A stretch of 64,000 bases of DNA from a virus. Its lineage: Duplodnaviria; Heunggongvirae; Uroviricota; Caudoviricetes. The notes below the pieces were generated by a model. The model made no database searches. It was not told the origin of the DNA and worked only from the letters and a program-made list of their open reading frames with translations. Positions 10,201 through 19,713 of this stretch are shown in pieces. Position 1 is the stretch's first letter; each line of letters begins with the position of its first letter. The stretch lies in IMG/VR virus record IMGVR_UViG_3300042922_001018; one strand, written 5' to 3'. Both the position numbers and the translations under genes were made by a program.

Positions 10201-11460
10201 TGCCGGGGAAGGCGTCCAGGCACCGTTGTTGATGCTCTGCTCGACGCGGTAACGGACTGCCTGAAGCGACGAGACCGGACCCCAGGAGAGGTTGTGCTCG
10301 TGCGGACGGGCCGAGTTCTCGGAACCGGCGAGGACCGGAGCAGGAAGCGTCTGCGTGTAGTTCACCGTGTCGGTGGACGTGGCGTTCGATACGCTCGGCG
10401 GGCAGGCGGCGACAACCGCGACCTGGCCGACGGAACCGTTCGGTACGCCTTCAATCTGGACAGGCTCGAATGCGCCGTAAGAGGTGAAGGTGACTTCGTG
10501 GTTCTCAGCGCCCGTGGTCGAGGTGACCCAACGGACGGTGTACTCCGTCGTGAACGGCCCACAGGTCACGTAGTCCCAGGTAATCTGGATACCTTCACGC
10601 ATGGAGCCATAGATGTCACCGTTGGTGGCGGAGCGCTCGACCCGGAGGTTGTTGATGGGTCCAGGGTTGTAGAGAGTCTGCTCCGGCTGCTCTTCGGGGT
10701 TGGTGAGCGTGTCACCTTCGGCCGTCGGAGTAATCCAAGTCTTGCCAGCGATGTCGGTCGGACGGGGACCGGTGAGCGGCATGGCAACCTGGGTCTCCGA
10801 GCCGTTGGCGCGAGAAATCTTCACCAGCGAAGGCTGGCTCCATTCCCACTCGTAGTCACGCCAGTAAGAGTCGCGAGTGGCGGTGGACTTCTGAGCCGCG
10901 GGGACAGTCGTGGACAGGCCCACTTCGAGACCGGAAGCGTTGTAGTGGAGGTCACGACCGGCAGAGTTCGATGCGACGAACACTGCGTCGGTCGCGAAGC
11001 CGTCCACCGAGATGGTCTTAGTGGTCGCGGCGGGGGTACCTGGCGATGTGCCGAGGTCACAGACTTCGTTGTTGAAGTACGAGACCGTGTTGCTCAGCAC
11101 TCCACCGTCGAGGGTCCAGACGCTCTTACGGCAGTCGTCACGGAATGAACCGCTGCCGCGCTGCTGGTAGACACCAGGGGACCGACCGGGTAGCTCATAG
11201 AAGATAGCCGTCTTGTCGCCTCGAAGGAAGACCTGAGACGAGTTGTTGGCGTCGAGCGACCACGCCTTGCTAGCCGTGGTGAGGTTCGCTGCGCGAGTCT
11301 GCTCGTCGGCGTACTTACCTACGAAGTTGAAGGTCGTGATGAGCACGGCGAAGATGGTCGCGCCCACAATCATGCTGCCGAACACAGCGATGATACTCAG
11401 GACGGGGTCAGTGGCCCCTCGCTCTGAGCGCAGGTGTGTGAGCAGTCTGTTCATCATCAT
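7285..11460 (-). CDS. giant pilin-anchored adhesin (~1390 aa) with ~9 Cys-paired Fn3-like repeats
   Basis: Prepilin-like leader LRSERG|ATDPVLSIIAVFG plus hydrophobic helix; repeats CPAGTxxEYRYR...WxxW...ARCxS. Confidence 0.8.
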   Translation of the reverse strand: MMMNRLLTHLRSERGATDPVLSIIAVFGSMIVGATIFAVLITTFNFVGKYADEQTRAANLTTASKAWSLDANNSSQVFLRGDKTAIFYELPGRSPGVYQQRGSGSFRDDCRKSVWTLDGGVLSNTVSYFNNEVCDLGTSPGTPAATTKTISVDGFATDAVFVASNSAGRDLHYNASGLEVGLSTTVPAAQKSTATRDSYWRDYEWEWSQPSLVKISRANGSETQVAMPLTGPRPTDIAGKTWITPTAEGDTLTNPEEQPEQTLYNPGPINNLRVERSATNGDIYGSMREGIQITWDYVTCGPFTTEYTVRWVTSTTGAENHEVTFTSYGAFEPVQIEGVPNGSVGQVAVVAACPPSVSNATSTDTVNYTQTLPAPVLAGSENSARPHEHNLSWGPVSSLQAVRYRVEQSINNGAWTPSPAISPNPKDGVTAQLTFDTGSTYGQNHRYRAIAVLPPVESNPSNIVTIQTPWPPIAAPTITGTNPTTASYQTTVSAITCPAGTSGQYQQRYRFGTSAWSAWTTWGTTRVMTTNVAEGARIQVNAQVRCAYNATQFSPTQAARNTAQWIRPIVTVPATPTVTFTDPSADADPVPANFVTTGCPAGTTPEYSYRYRLNEATSYTSFTSWSGDTSALIAILRGGRIEIEVKARCVSPYAQGPESPTNTETWIRPIPAPPGLTNLTTNDQGTAEPINNRIIHDAAVCPAGTTAEYRYRQTTPAPTGAWTTWAASPVGGPFYNVDTAWGRYYVWEAVARCISPYLASDPSPTRSTTWTTNLPLPSGNITLAAPSTTPMDIEYNVTIGGNSSCPAGTTIRYAMTGTNNALQNAGRAWFNSGWSTFETDKRSEPTRWNNLSVSHTAPKARANFYDASYVGYAVCDGPDRDASITNPLEALSTVPGPGQGLIRVNYPVVNNTATAERIRVDQGGSGNSTTLDNVFTYENCSGAGQWGESRFRYRINTTGAGNAWSGWSTWGDTAGRERYINNTRQNTTLPVLAGTSPRNLGDNRHLAVLYNVAQGHRLDVDVQHRCIDPYTQDSLNNKGPASAVEHRETVRNVENPTGMYLEQPFWSGVPNGTQRSVGIEANCSASTVGIQYQWRNDGAGGNTGVWQGWFNPNSGNGFRTGNITATWANWYGSSANYICVGVFANSGVEFRQTGGVQAEIPPAPGGVYLNVSGSNVDTWRGTVYTGTTVSTSGSWSASAGGGCPAGTNTQVDWASPTSQSASASRSSSSAGTYYSGWVTRSFGASVYCAANDNGTRGAGVGTGWQDRSVRVGANWEVPPYPGTPTGGSYDGSYMAALGGTDYGGYVVNTLRFNGSGGANANGYNNSVRIQGTVPRNGGTWTGWATQIGCFDGASSKQAQSQATNGWGSSGWFTTGATSVPTGIDRVNMGCF

Positions 11461-11495
11461 GATTGTATCACCCTGTAGGTAGGAACGCTGACGGA

Positions 11496-14400
11496 TTATC
11501 CGTATGCGCCAGCGGACCACTGGTATCCGCTGTTGGCGTACGGACCGGTGCACGTCGCGCGAGAGTTCCACTCGACGTAGCCCCAGCTACCACCCTGGTT
11601 GTTGTAGTCCCAGGCGGCACCTTCCCAGCGCCAGTTGGATGCCTTGTTCATCAGCATCCAGAAGTACGGGTCTGCGCCCCACGCACCGTTGTAGCAGTTG
11701 ATGCCGTGGTTGAAGTGACGGTAGCCTGCACGGCCACTCCACTTGCCACCAGCGCTGACGCCACGGACGTAGAAGCCATTGCTGCCGCCCAGTGTGGACT
11801 GGTTCGTAGCTGCACCGCGAGCGCCCGTGAGGTCGTTGTAGCACGTCGTCTGCACGTAGGTCTTCTGAGCGCGACCTTCTTCAGCCTGCGTACCCCGGCT
11901 CCGGTGGTTGCGGTCCCAGCCGGTCCAACCGCTGTCCATGTTACCCGGCTCCTTCGTCATGGAGCCTTCCCAGTTGACACGGTTGAACGAGCTGTAGTCG
12001 GTGACGGTGCCCGCGGGGCAGGCGTTGCCGTTGACAGTCCAGTTCGAGTTCAGGGAACCATCGTAGCCGATGTGGACGGTCGGGCCAGCGGGCATGTCGC
12101 GCATGCGAGCCTGCGCGGCATGTTCGACAACCGGGCCAGCGGCGCTGGAATACTGGTTGATGCATCGCGTAGCGACCTGCACGTCGAAGTAGTCACCGTG
12201 GTACCACGGGTTGCCGCCGAGCGTCTGAGCGCCGGGGTTGCCACCCCATGCACTCCATGCGCGAGTCCAGCCGCCTTCGTTCCGGTCAGACCAGACGCCG
12301 CTCTTCGTGCGGTACTGGTACTGCGGGCTGAGGCCGGTACCACAGGTGACATCGGTGAACTGGAAGGTCGCCCAGGTGGAGGTGTTCCAGGAGACGGTCG
12401 GCGAAGCGGTCGTCGCGGTAACCGGCGTGGTGAACGACACGACCGTGTACTGGTAGGTCGGGCCGGTCGAGTAGTCAGAGACGCAGCGGGCCTGAAGCTG
12501 CGCACGGGCAACGTCACCGTTCGACACTGCGTCGAAGGTGAAGTTCGGCAGGGTCGCTGCGAATGCGCCCCATGCAGCCCACGAATCGTTCATTCCGGTG
12601 CGCGAGGAGACGCGTGCGGTGGTCGTCGCGGGGCAGTTCGTGGGGTTGGAGTACGAGGCCACGGGCGGAGCACCAGCGATGACAGTCTTGCCACCGACGG
12701 TCGGCTGAGCCGTGATTTCGTAGATGTGCCAGTCGCCGGTCGATGCAGCGCTCGGGCCGACGAGGGTTGCATCGGTGCCCGAGACGCAACGCGCCTCAAC
12801 GTCGAACTGAACGCGCTCGCCCTGGTTGATGGGCGAGTTGGCGCCGTTGGCGGCTCCCCAGCCAGTCCAGTTGGACCATCCACCAGCGTTCATCTGGTAG
12901 CGGCTACGCGACTCCCAGGTGGTGCCGGTTGCACAGCCCGCCTTGACCCAGGTCGGTGCGCCGTTGGCGGCGTACGTGACGGTGGGCGCGGAGGGGATGG
13001 ACGTGACGGGGCGGACACGCTCGACAACCGACTCGTCCGAAGAGGGGCCGTAGAGCTGCGTGCCGTTACCGAGGCAGTTCGCGGTGGCAACGATACGGAC
13101 CTTGCCACCTTCGGGAACGGTCACGTTCCGGGTGAACTGGTTCGGCGAGATGTTCGTGTAGGTCTCACGAGTGACATCGTTGACCTGAGCGAGCCAGGTA
13201 TAGCGAGGGGTCGTGCCAGCGGGGCAGGTAACCTGACCGATGGTGAACTGGTTGAAGCCGCTCGCGAGCGTCAGGAGAGGAGCGTCGGGCTTCGTCGTGA
13301 CTGGCACGTTGAGGACCACGATGTCGGACTCCGGCGAACCCGGTCCCTGTACATACGGGGAAACGTAGCGCGACTGGCCCTGGCCTTCGACCTTAGAACC
13401 CTGGTCTACGGCGCGAGTGTCGATGCGGTTGGTCGTCCACGGACCGTAAGTCCATGTGTTGCCGCCGTTGACACGGACGCGGTAGCGGTACTCGGCCGTG
13501 AGGCCAGCGGTCGTAGCGGCAGTGGAGACGGTCGTGGTGACGGTGTTGGTTCCACCGATGGACACGGTCGGCTTGGTCGGCGCCGAAGTGATGGGGCGGT
13601 CGAGCTGAGCGCTAGCAGTTGCAGTCTGGTTACCGACAGCGAACTCAGAGGCACAGCGTGCACGCACCTGGAACTCGATACGAGCGCCTTCAAGAGCCTT
13701 CGTGTCGTGGGAGAGCACACCATCGGCCCAGGTCGTCCACGTGGTCCAGGTGCCCTCGTCAAGGCGCGTACGGTGCTGGTACTGAGGCGTGGTGCCGGTA
13801 CCGCAAGATACGGTGGTCCAGGAAGCGACGCCGGTCGGCGCGATGGTCAGCGTCGGGGCACCGGGAGGCGGCAGAATCGGGTGGGTGTACTCCGCGATTT
13901 CGGAAGCCGCGGTCGGGTCGGTGACGCCCATCGAGGTACGGCAACGCGCCATGGCCTGAACAGAAATCTTCTGGCCCTGGTTGATGTTCTGGTTGAAGGA
14001 CTTGCCTGCGGCCCATTCGCTCCATGCGGTCCACTCGCCGTTACCCATCTTGTAGCGGTAGCGGTACTCCGTCGAACCACCGTACTGGCAGTAGACATTC
14101 GAGAAGGTGGAGGTGGCGGTGTTTCCGGACGCGGTGATGTTCACGCTCGGCGGAATCGGAGGCGCGACAGAGGTGTAGTCACCACCGGGGGTCAGGTACT
14201 CGATGGAGTTCGGGTTCAGCTCCCACAGCGCGAGCGCGTCGAGGTTGTCATCAGAGTAGACCCATACCGGACGTCCCTGAGCGTCGAGACCGGTGAACAC
14301 ACCAGCGCCGGAGGGAACGAACTGGACACGGGCCTTCGCGGTAACGCCGAGAGCGTTGTCGGACTTACCTTCCATCTCGGCCGTGACTACACCGGATTCC

Positions 14401-14795
14401 GGGTTGACGGCGAAGAAGGTGACGTGGCTGTTCGCGCCGAGTTCTGGCGTGTTGCCGAACTGCGAGGTGGCCTCAGTCAGCCCTTCAGCATCCATGTACT
14501 GCCATTCCCGCGGGAAGTCAGAGTTCATCTGTCCGAGGACGTTGGATGCGAGCTGGTTGATGCTGGAGCGAACCTGCGCCTGCTGCGCGGTCGTGTAGTC
14601 GAGAGTCTGGCGGAAGAAGAACCACGACATCGAGACGATGAGCAGAGTGGTGACGACGAGCACCAGGATGAGGGCGTTCGAGAGCGCGCCTCGTTCGCTG
14701 TTACGTTCCAGGATGGTGCGACGACGTTCTACGAACGCGCGGATACGAGCGAGCGGGTTTCCCTGCTCGCTCATCGGCGACTTAGCGCTGCTCAT
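11496..14795 (-). CDS. large pilin-anchored adhesin (1099 aa) with ~9 Cys-paired Fn3-like repeats
   Basis: Leader RNSERG|ALSNALILVLVV; same repeat unit as the neighbouring gene. Confidence 0.8.
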   Translation of the reverse strand: MSSAKSPMSEQGNPLARIRAFVERRRTILERNSERGALSNALILVLVVTTLLIVSMSWFFFRQTLDYTTAQQAQVRSSINQLASNVLGQMNSDFPREWQYMDAEGLTEATSQFGNTPELGANSHVTFFAVNPESGVVTAEMEGKSDNALGVTAKARVQFVPSGAGVFTGLDAQGRPVWVYSDDNLDALALWELNPNSIEYLTPGGDYTSVAPPIPPSVNITASGNTATSTFSNVYCQYGGSTEYRYRYKMGNGEWTAWSEWAAGKSFNQNINQGQKISVQAMARCRTSMGVTDPTAASEIAEYTHPILPPPGAPTLTIAPTGVASWTTVSCGTGTTPQYQHRTRLDEGTWTTWTTWADGVLSHDTKALEGARIEFQVRARCASEFAVGNQTATASAQLDRPITSAPTKPTVSIGGTNTVTTTVSTAATTAGLTAEYRYRVRVNGGNTWTYGPWTTNRIDTRAVDQGSKVEGQGQSRYVSPYVQGPGSPESDIVVLNVPVTTKPDAPLLTLASGFNQFTIGQVTCPAGTTPRYTWLAQVNDVTRETYTNISPNQFTRNVTVPEGGKVRIVATANCLGNGTQLYGPSSDESVVERVRPVTSIPSAPTVTYAANGAPTWVKAGCATGTTWESRSRYQMNAGGWSNWTGWGAANGANSPINQGERVQFDVEARCVSGTDATLVGPSAASTGDWHIYEITAQPTVGGKTVIAGAPPVASYSNPTNCPATTTARVSSRTGMNDSWAAWGAFAATLPNFTFDAVSNGDVARAQLQARCVSDYSTGPTYQYTVVSFTTPVTATTASPTVSWNTSTWATFQFTDVTCGTGLSPQYQYRTKSGVWSDRNEGGWTRAWSAWGGNPGAQTLGGNPWYHGDYFDVQVATRCINQYSSAAGPVVEHAAQARMRDMPAGPTVHIGYDGSLNSNWTVNGNACPAGTVTDYSSFNRVNWEGSMTKEPGNMDSGWTGWDRNHRSRGTQAEEGRAQKTYVQTTCYNDLTGARGAATNQSTLGGSNGFYVRGVSAGGKWSGRAGYRHFNHGINCYNGAWGADPYFWMLMNKASNWRWEGAAWDYNNQGGSWGYVEWNSRATCTGPYANSGYQWSAGAYG

Positions 14796-16546
14796 TCTTC
14801 CCCTCCGCGCTGGGACGTGACGCCAGCCAGAACCTTCATCAGAGTCACATCCTTGACGAGCGCAGATTCGATGATGTCACCGTCCGCACTCCACACCCTA
14901 ATGTTAGCAGACCCACACTCGTTCAAGCGGTCGAGAGCTGGAACTTCGAGGCGCGCCCAGTACCAGTCGCGGCCAGAGGTGTCCTGCGACAGGTTGATGT
15001 TGTTCGTCGAGAGTGAACCGATGCCCAGGTTGGTCGAGCAGAACACGCCGATTTTCAGGTTCCGTGGTGCGGTGCTGCCGGTGTACTGGTAGGAGACGCG
15101 GAGGACGGTGTCCTTAATCAGGGCGGGGTCAATCTTGGCGATTTCGACGCTCGACGCGGTCGTCGTGGCACTGTTACGTCCGGTGGCAACCAGGCTGATG
15201 TCCGATGCCGTAATGGTCTTGGCCGGGCCACCTGTCTGGGTGACACGGATGATGAACCGACCGACAGCGGTTGGGGTCGCGATGGTGTGGTTCAACGCGA
15301 GAGGTACGCTCTCGGTGCCGATACCTGCGAGGTCGATGGTCTGGAGGATGGTTGCCGTGCCGCTAGTGCTCGGGGCGTACTCGACGGTGACGGTACCAGT
15401 TGCTCCAGCCACCTGAGCGGTAGCCTGAAGGCGCATGCCAACGGTGATGGCGTTGATGCCGGTCATCTGCGGGGACGCGATGTTGTAGCGGAGCCACTTG
15501 CCCGTGTTTCCGCCGTTGAACGTGACGACGCCGGTTGCCTGGTCGTAGGCAGCGTTGGTGGAAGTCTCGAACGTTGCCGGGGTCTTCAGGATGTTCTCGA
15601 CGGTCTTGATGAGAGTCACATCGTCTACTGCGACGCGGCAACCGCTACAGTTCGTCACACGAATGGCGAGACGATACTGACCGGCAGCGGCGGCGGTGGA
15701 CTCGCTCGCGATGGTGGACCATTCACGGCGGTTCGTGGAAGGACCGAACGTAGGAGCGTTCGTACCCGCCTGGAGGCCCACCTGGACGAGCGCGCTACCG
15801 GATACGACCCTGGCGAAGCCGGAGGCCTTCAGGCGGTCTGCTACGGCCGCAGCGATGGGCTGGCTGTACACGACAGTGTCGCCCTGGATGATGAGTTCCT
15901 GCGCACCTGTAGAACGAGGCGTGGACGTTCCGGTCACTGTGGCGACGGCGCCTCCGGCTTCGGTGCTCCAGTTCGTCTGGGCGGCGGCACCTTCGAAGTC
16001 ACCCGCTGTTGCGAGGTTGGTCGAAAGGTTCTCGTTGTTGATGTCGCGAACGGACACGGTGATGCCGCTCGGGAGGTTCGGACCGATGTCCGAAGGCGTT
16101 CCGACCACGGTGGAGGACAGCGAGAGGCAGCCCTTCGGGGTCTTGCCCGCTGAGTCGAGCGTGCCACAGGACATCGTCGGACGGTTCGCAAGGATGCCAC
16201 GAGGCGCGGTCACTCGCAGCGTGAAACCGTTCACCGACGGGTCGAAGAAGACCTCACGGGTGACCGGAACAGTACGTCCCGAAACCGTGACGTTGAACGT
16301 CGTGGGAGGCTGGTCCGTAATCTTGTTGTACGGGGTCTTCTCGAAGTTGACGATTTCCTGTTCGAGACGGGTTGTCAGGTCGGAGTTACTCTGAGCGAGA
16401 GAGCTGCCCGCGAGCATCGTTGTGATGGCGCCACCGATAATGACCATCGTGACCATCGTGAGGATGGATGCAGCAATGAGAGCAACGGGCGAGGCATCGC
16501 CTCGGTCGCTTCGAAGGTGGGAAAGCAGTCTACGCATCACGCTCAT
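14792..16546 (-). CDS. minor pilin-like protein with probable carbohydrate-binding (jelly-roll) domains
   Basis: Leader LRSDRG|DASPVALIAASIL; NLATAGDFE...W...VDDVTL resembles CBM4/9-type modules. Confidence 0.7.
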   Translation of the reverse strand: MSVMRRLLSHLRSDRGDASPVALIAASILTMVTMVIIGGAITTMLAGSSLAQSNSDLTTRLEQEIVNFEKTPYNKITDQPPTTFNVTVSGRTVPVTREVFFDPSVNGFTLRVTAPRGILANRPTMSCGTLDSAGKTPKGCLSLSSTVVGTPSDIGPNLPSGITVSVRDINNENLSTNLATAGDFEGAAAQTNWSTEAGGAVATVTGTSTPRSTGAQELIIQGDTVVYSQPIAAAVADRLKASGFARVVSGSALVQVGLQAGTNAPTFGPSTNRREWSTIASESTAAAAGQYRLAIRVTNCSGCRVAVDDVTLIKTVENILKTPATFETSTNAAYDQATGVVTFNGGNTGKWLRYNIASPQMTGINAITVGMRLQATAQVAGATGTVTVEYAPSTSGTATILQTIDLAGIGTESVPLALNHTIATPTAVGRFIIRVTQTGGPAKTITASDISLVATGRNSATTTASSVEIAKIDPALIKDTVLRVSYQYTGSTAPRNLKIGVFCSTNLGIGSLSTNNINLSQDTSGRDWYWARLEVPALDRLNECGSANIRVWSADGDIIESALVKDVTLMKVLAGVTSQRGGEE

Positions 16547-16626
16547 TGTACTCGTACGGAGATAGGTGGATGAACGAGGCGGGAACCGGTTGGCGCTGGG
16601 GCTTTCAATCCGGTCCTCATCTCGGT

Positions 16627-17172
16627 TTACGACTTGACGTTGTTGATGTCAGTGAGCAGTTGGCTTGCGCTGCGGCCGGAGGGGAGAACTGCTCTCAACC
16701 GGTCGTTCTCGTGGAGGATTTCGCTGCTCTCAGACGTACGGATGAACACTTCACCGTTACCCGAGTGGCTCACAGCAGTCCATCCGTTCGCGAATCCGCG
16801 GACAAGAAGAGTCGTGCCTTCCGTCGGGGTGAAAGCGATAGAAGAGTTCATAAGAGCCTTCTGCGCTGTCGTAGGGGTACCGAGGTTCGGTCCGAACACC
16901 AGCGTAGCATAGTTGCCGTCGTTCTCGGCCATGTACGCAGCTTGCGCCGTCGCGACGCGGTCAAGGTCGGCCTTCGCGTTCAGGTTGTGCGCGTTCCCGA
17001 TGAAGCCGCTGATGGCGAAGGAACCGCCCACGAGCAGGATGAGCGTGATAGCGATACCCGCGATGATGAGGATGGGGTCGGTGGCACCGCGCTCCTTGCG
17101 CAGGCGTGCGATTTCGGCCTTGCGGGCCTTCAGGTGTTCAAGCATGGAAATCTTTCGGGTTGGGAGTGTCAT
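16627..17172 (-). CDS. type IV pilin-like protein (copy 7)
   Basis: ERG|ATDPILIIAGIAITLILLVGG...AKADLDRVATAQAAY; ATGA overlap with the upstream pilin. Confidence 0.88.
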   Translation of the reverse strand: MTLPTRKISMLEHLKARKAEIARLRKERGATDPILIIAGIAITLILLVGGSFAISGFIGNAHNLNAKADLDRVATAQAAYMAENDGNYATLVFGPNLGTPTTAQKALMNSSIAFTPTEGTTLLVRGFANGWTAVSHSGNGEVFIRTSESSEILHENDRLRAVLPSGRSASQLLTDINNVKS

Positions 17173-17699
17173 GAGCGGATGTCCGCAATGTCGGTCATCA
17201 CGGCGTTCCAGGTGATACCTGATGGCATCAGTACGCCAGCGGCTTCGTTCGTAGCGGGCGTAGTCGCTGGAATAGCGACGATGTTGGACGACACTGACGT
17301 ACGCAGAAACACAGTTCCCGAGGCGGAGAGCGTTACTGCCACCCAGCCGGAACTGGAGACACGAGCGCGCGAGGTACTCCCAGCGGTCGGCGTGAATCCA
17401 ATGGACGAGTTCTGAAGCTGGGTGTTCTGACCCGATGCATTCGGCCCAACCGCAAGGACCGCGTAACGGTCGTTCTCGGCGAGGTACGCAGCTTGCGCAG
17501 TCGCCATGCGGTCAAGGTCACCCTTGGCGTTCAAGTCGTTTGCATTGCCGATGAAACCGGAGATGGCGAAGGAACCGCCCACGAGCAGGATGAGCGTGAT
17601 AGCGATACCCGCGATGATGAGGATGGGGTCGGTTGCACCGCGCTCTTCACACAGGCGCGCGATTTCGGCCTTGCGAGCCTTCAGCTTGTCAAGCATCAT
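17169..17699 (-). CDS. type IV pilin-like protein (copy 6)
   Basis: Same conserved leader and helix; divergent C-terminus. Confidence 0.88.
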   Translation of the reverse strand: MMLDKLKARKAEIARLCEERGATDPILIIAGIAITLILLVGGSFAISGFIGNANDLNAKGDLDRMATAQAAYLAENDRYAVLAVGPNASGQNTQLQNSSIGFTPTAGSTSRARVSSSGWVAVTLSASGTVFLRTSVSSNIVAIPATTPATNEAAGVLMPSGITWNAVMTDIADIRS

Positions 17700-18202
17700 G
17701 ACCTCACGTTGTTGATGTCGGAGAGAAGCTGGGTAGCCGTAAGACCATCAGGAAGTACGACGTTTCCTCTGTCGGCCGATTCGTAAATCTGGCTCTGCGC
17801 AGAGCTACGGATGAATACCTTGCCAGAAGCAGAGTGTGTCACCGCCACCCAGCCGCTAGCGGTGAATCGGACGATGAACGTGTTCCCGGAAGTTGGCCGG
17901 AAGCCGATGGAAGAGTTCTCCAGGGCCAGGACGGGTGTGTTGATGTTCGGCCCAGAGACGTAGGTGGCGTAGGTGTCGTTCTCGGCGAGGTACGCAGCCT
18001 GGGCGGTCGCGACACGGTCGAGGTCACCCTTCGCGTTCAGGTCATTCGCGTTCGCAATGAAACCGCTGATAGCAAAGGAACCACCGACGAGGAGGATAAG
18101 GGTGATGGCGATACCCGCGATGATGAGGATGGGGTCAGTGGCGCCGCGCTCCTCACGCAGGCGCGCGATTTCGGCCTTCTTGGCCTTCAGTGCGTCAAGC
18201 AT
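17696..18202 (-). CDS. type IV pilin-like protein (copy 5)
   Basis: Same conserved leader and helix; divergent C-terminus. Confidence 0.88.
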   Translation of the reverse strand: MLDALKAKKAEIARLREERGATDPILIIAGIAITLILLVGGSFAISGFIANANDLNAKGDLDRVATAQAAYLAENDTYATYVSGPNINTPVLALENSSIGFRPTSGNTFIVRFTASGWVAVTHSASGKVFIRSSAQSQIYESADRGNVVLPDGLTATQLLSDINNVRS

Positions 18203-18235
18203 GTTGAGAGAATCTTTCAGGTTGGGGGGAGAGAA

Positions 18236-18274
18236 CCGAAGCCCTGGTCTAAGGGTATCAGACCAGGGCTTCGG
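18236..18274 (-). terminator. hairpin after pilin copy 4
   Basis: ccgaagccctggtct / agaccagggcttcgg. Confidence 0.7.
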
Positions 18275-18298
18275 GACCGCGCGTTAGCGCGGAGCGGT

Positions 18299-18826
18299 TC
18301 AGAGCGCGTTGATGGCGGTGAGAACTGCGGTGGCGAACGTGGTGTTCGCCGCGGCGTTGCCAGCGTTCGGCAGCACCAGCGTGCCCGGAAGGGCCGCGAT
18401 GTTGTTGCCCTGCGAGCCGACCTCGATGATGGCCGTGCCGGACGAGGTGCGCGCGTAGCGGGTGCCCGACGCGGACTCGGTGACAGCGACCCATCCGCCG
18501 GAAGCGGTCGGGGTGGTCAGGATGGTGAGCGAGTTGCCCGCGGTCGGCGTGAAGCCGATGGACGAGCTGCCCAGCGTCGCAACGTTGTTCGAGTAGGAGT
18601 CGCGCTCGGCGAGGAACGCGGCCTGAGCGGTCGCGACGCGGTCGAGGTCACCCTTGGCGTTCAGGTTGTTCGCGTTCGCGATGAAGCCGGAGATGGCGAA
18701 GGAGCCACCAACGAGCAGGATGAGGGTAATCGCGATACCCGCGATGATGAGGATGGGGTCAGTTGCTCCCCGCTCCTCGCGGAGGCGTGCGATTTCGGCC
18801 TTCTTGGCCTTCAGCTTGTCAAGCAT
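18299..18826 (-). CDS. type IV pilin-like protein (copy 4)
   Basis: Start MLDKLKAKK at 18826 with AAGGA RBS; conserved N-terminus. Confidence 0.9.
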   Translation of the reverse strand: MLDKLKAKKAEIARLREERGATDPILIIAGIAITLILLVGGSFAISGFIANANNLNAKGDLDRVATAQAAFLAERDSYSNNVATLGSSSIGFTPTAGNSLTILTTPTASGGWVAVTESASGTRYARTSSGTAIIEVGSQGNNIAALPGTLVLPNAGNAAANTTFATAVLTAINAL

Positions 18827-18872
18827 GCGTGGATGGTTCCTTTGGGTTGGTGGAGAGGAAGTCTCTCCATAA

Positions 18873-18896
18873 AGTAAATGGGCAGGCAGGTTCCAC
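18873..18896 (-). promoter_or_regulatory. conserved pilin upstream motif (variant copy)
   Basis: GTGGAAC-N3-CCTG-N2-CATTTACT. Confidence 0.7.
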
Positions 18897-18936
18897 AAAG
18901 AGAGGTTTCTTGTGTCCCCTCTTCGGGGGACAACGA

Positions 18937-18970
18937 CGAATCCCCCGCCCAGCGAAGGGCGGGGGATTCG
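18937..18970 (-). terminator. hairpin after pilin copy 3
   Basis: cgaatcccccgccc-agcgaa-gggcgggggattcg. Confidence 0.75.
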
Positions 18971-19004
18971 GTTTCCGCTAGAGTGTCGGTCCGTTGTCCG
19001 TGGG

Positions 19005-19520
19005 TTACGGGATGGCGACAACCGCGTCGCGGACCTGCGTCGCGGTGATGCCGGTCGGGAGCGTCAGCGTGCCACCGACGTAGGCGACGGTCGCGGTGGC
19101 ACCGGTACCGGTCACGTTGGCGTCGAGGACGGTCGTGGAAGCGGAGGTACGGACGTACTTCTGTCCGGAGGCCGACTTCGTGACGGCGACCCAGCCGGTG
19201 CTGCCGCTGGCGAGGATGGTGATGGGGTTGCCCGCGGTCGGCGTGAAGCCGATGGACGAGCTGCCCAGCGTGGTGACGCTGTTCGAGTAGGTGTCACGCT
19301 CGGCGAGGAACGCGGCCTGGGCGGTCGCGATGCGGTCGAGGTCACCCTTCGCGTTCAGGTTGTTCGCGTTCGCGATGAAGCCGCTGATGGCGAACGAGCC
19401 ACCCACGAGCAGGATGAGGGTGATGGCGATACCCGCGATGATGAGGATGGGGTCCGTTGCACCGCGCTCTTCGCGGAGGCGTGCGATTTCGGCCTTCTTG
19501 GCCTTCAGCTTGTCAAGCAT
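19005..19520 (-). CDS. type IV pilin-like protein (copy 3)
   Basis: Start MLDKLKAKK at 19520; conserved N-terminus. Confidence 0.9.
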   Translation of the reverse strand: MLDKLKAKKAEIARLREERGATDPILIIAGIAITLILLVGGSFAISGFIANANNLNAKGDLDRIATAQAAFLAERDTYSNSVTTLGSSSIGFTPTAGNPITILASGSTGWVAVTKSASGQKYVRTSASTTVLDANVTGTGATATVAYVGGTLTLPTGITATQVRDAVVAIP

Positions 19521-19566
19521 GGATGGTTCCTTAGGTTGGTCGGGTGGAGAGCTTGTCCCTCCACCT

Positions 19567-19590
19567 AGTAAATGTACAGGTGTGTTCCAC
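19567..19590 (-). promoter_or_regulatory. conserved pilin upstream motif
   Basis: GTGGAACACACCTGTACATTTACT. Confidence 0.75.
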
Positions 19591-19638
19591 AAAAAGTGAG
19601 CGCGCTTGTCCCCTCTTTGGGGGACAAGCCTTAGACAC

Positions 19639-19675
19639 AACGAATCCCCGACCCAGCGAAGGGTCGGGGATTCGT
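19639..19675 (-). terminator. hairpin after pilin copy 2
   Basis: aacgaatccccgaccc-agcgaa-gggtcggggattcgtt. Confidence 0.75.
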
Positions 19676-19713
19676 TGAACCGATGGTGGTCGGTGTGGCC
19701 TTGGCCGTGAGGC

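Noticed and set aside
7237-15092. Very long plus-strand ORFs (787 aa, 1209 aa, 340 aa)
   Set aside because: Antisense shadows of the high-GC adhesin genes; no motifs, and the minus-strand ORFs carry the prepilin leaders and repeats
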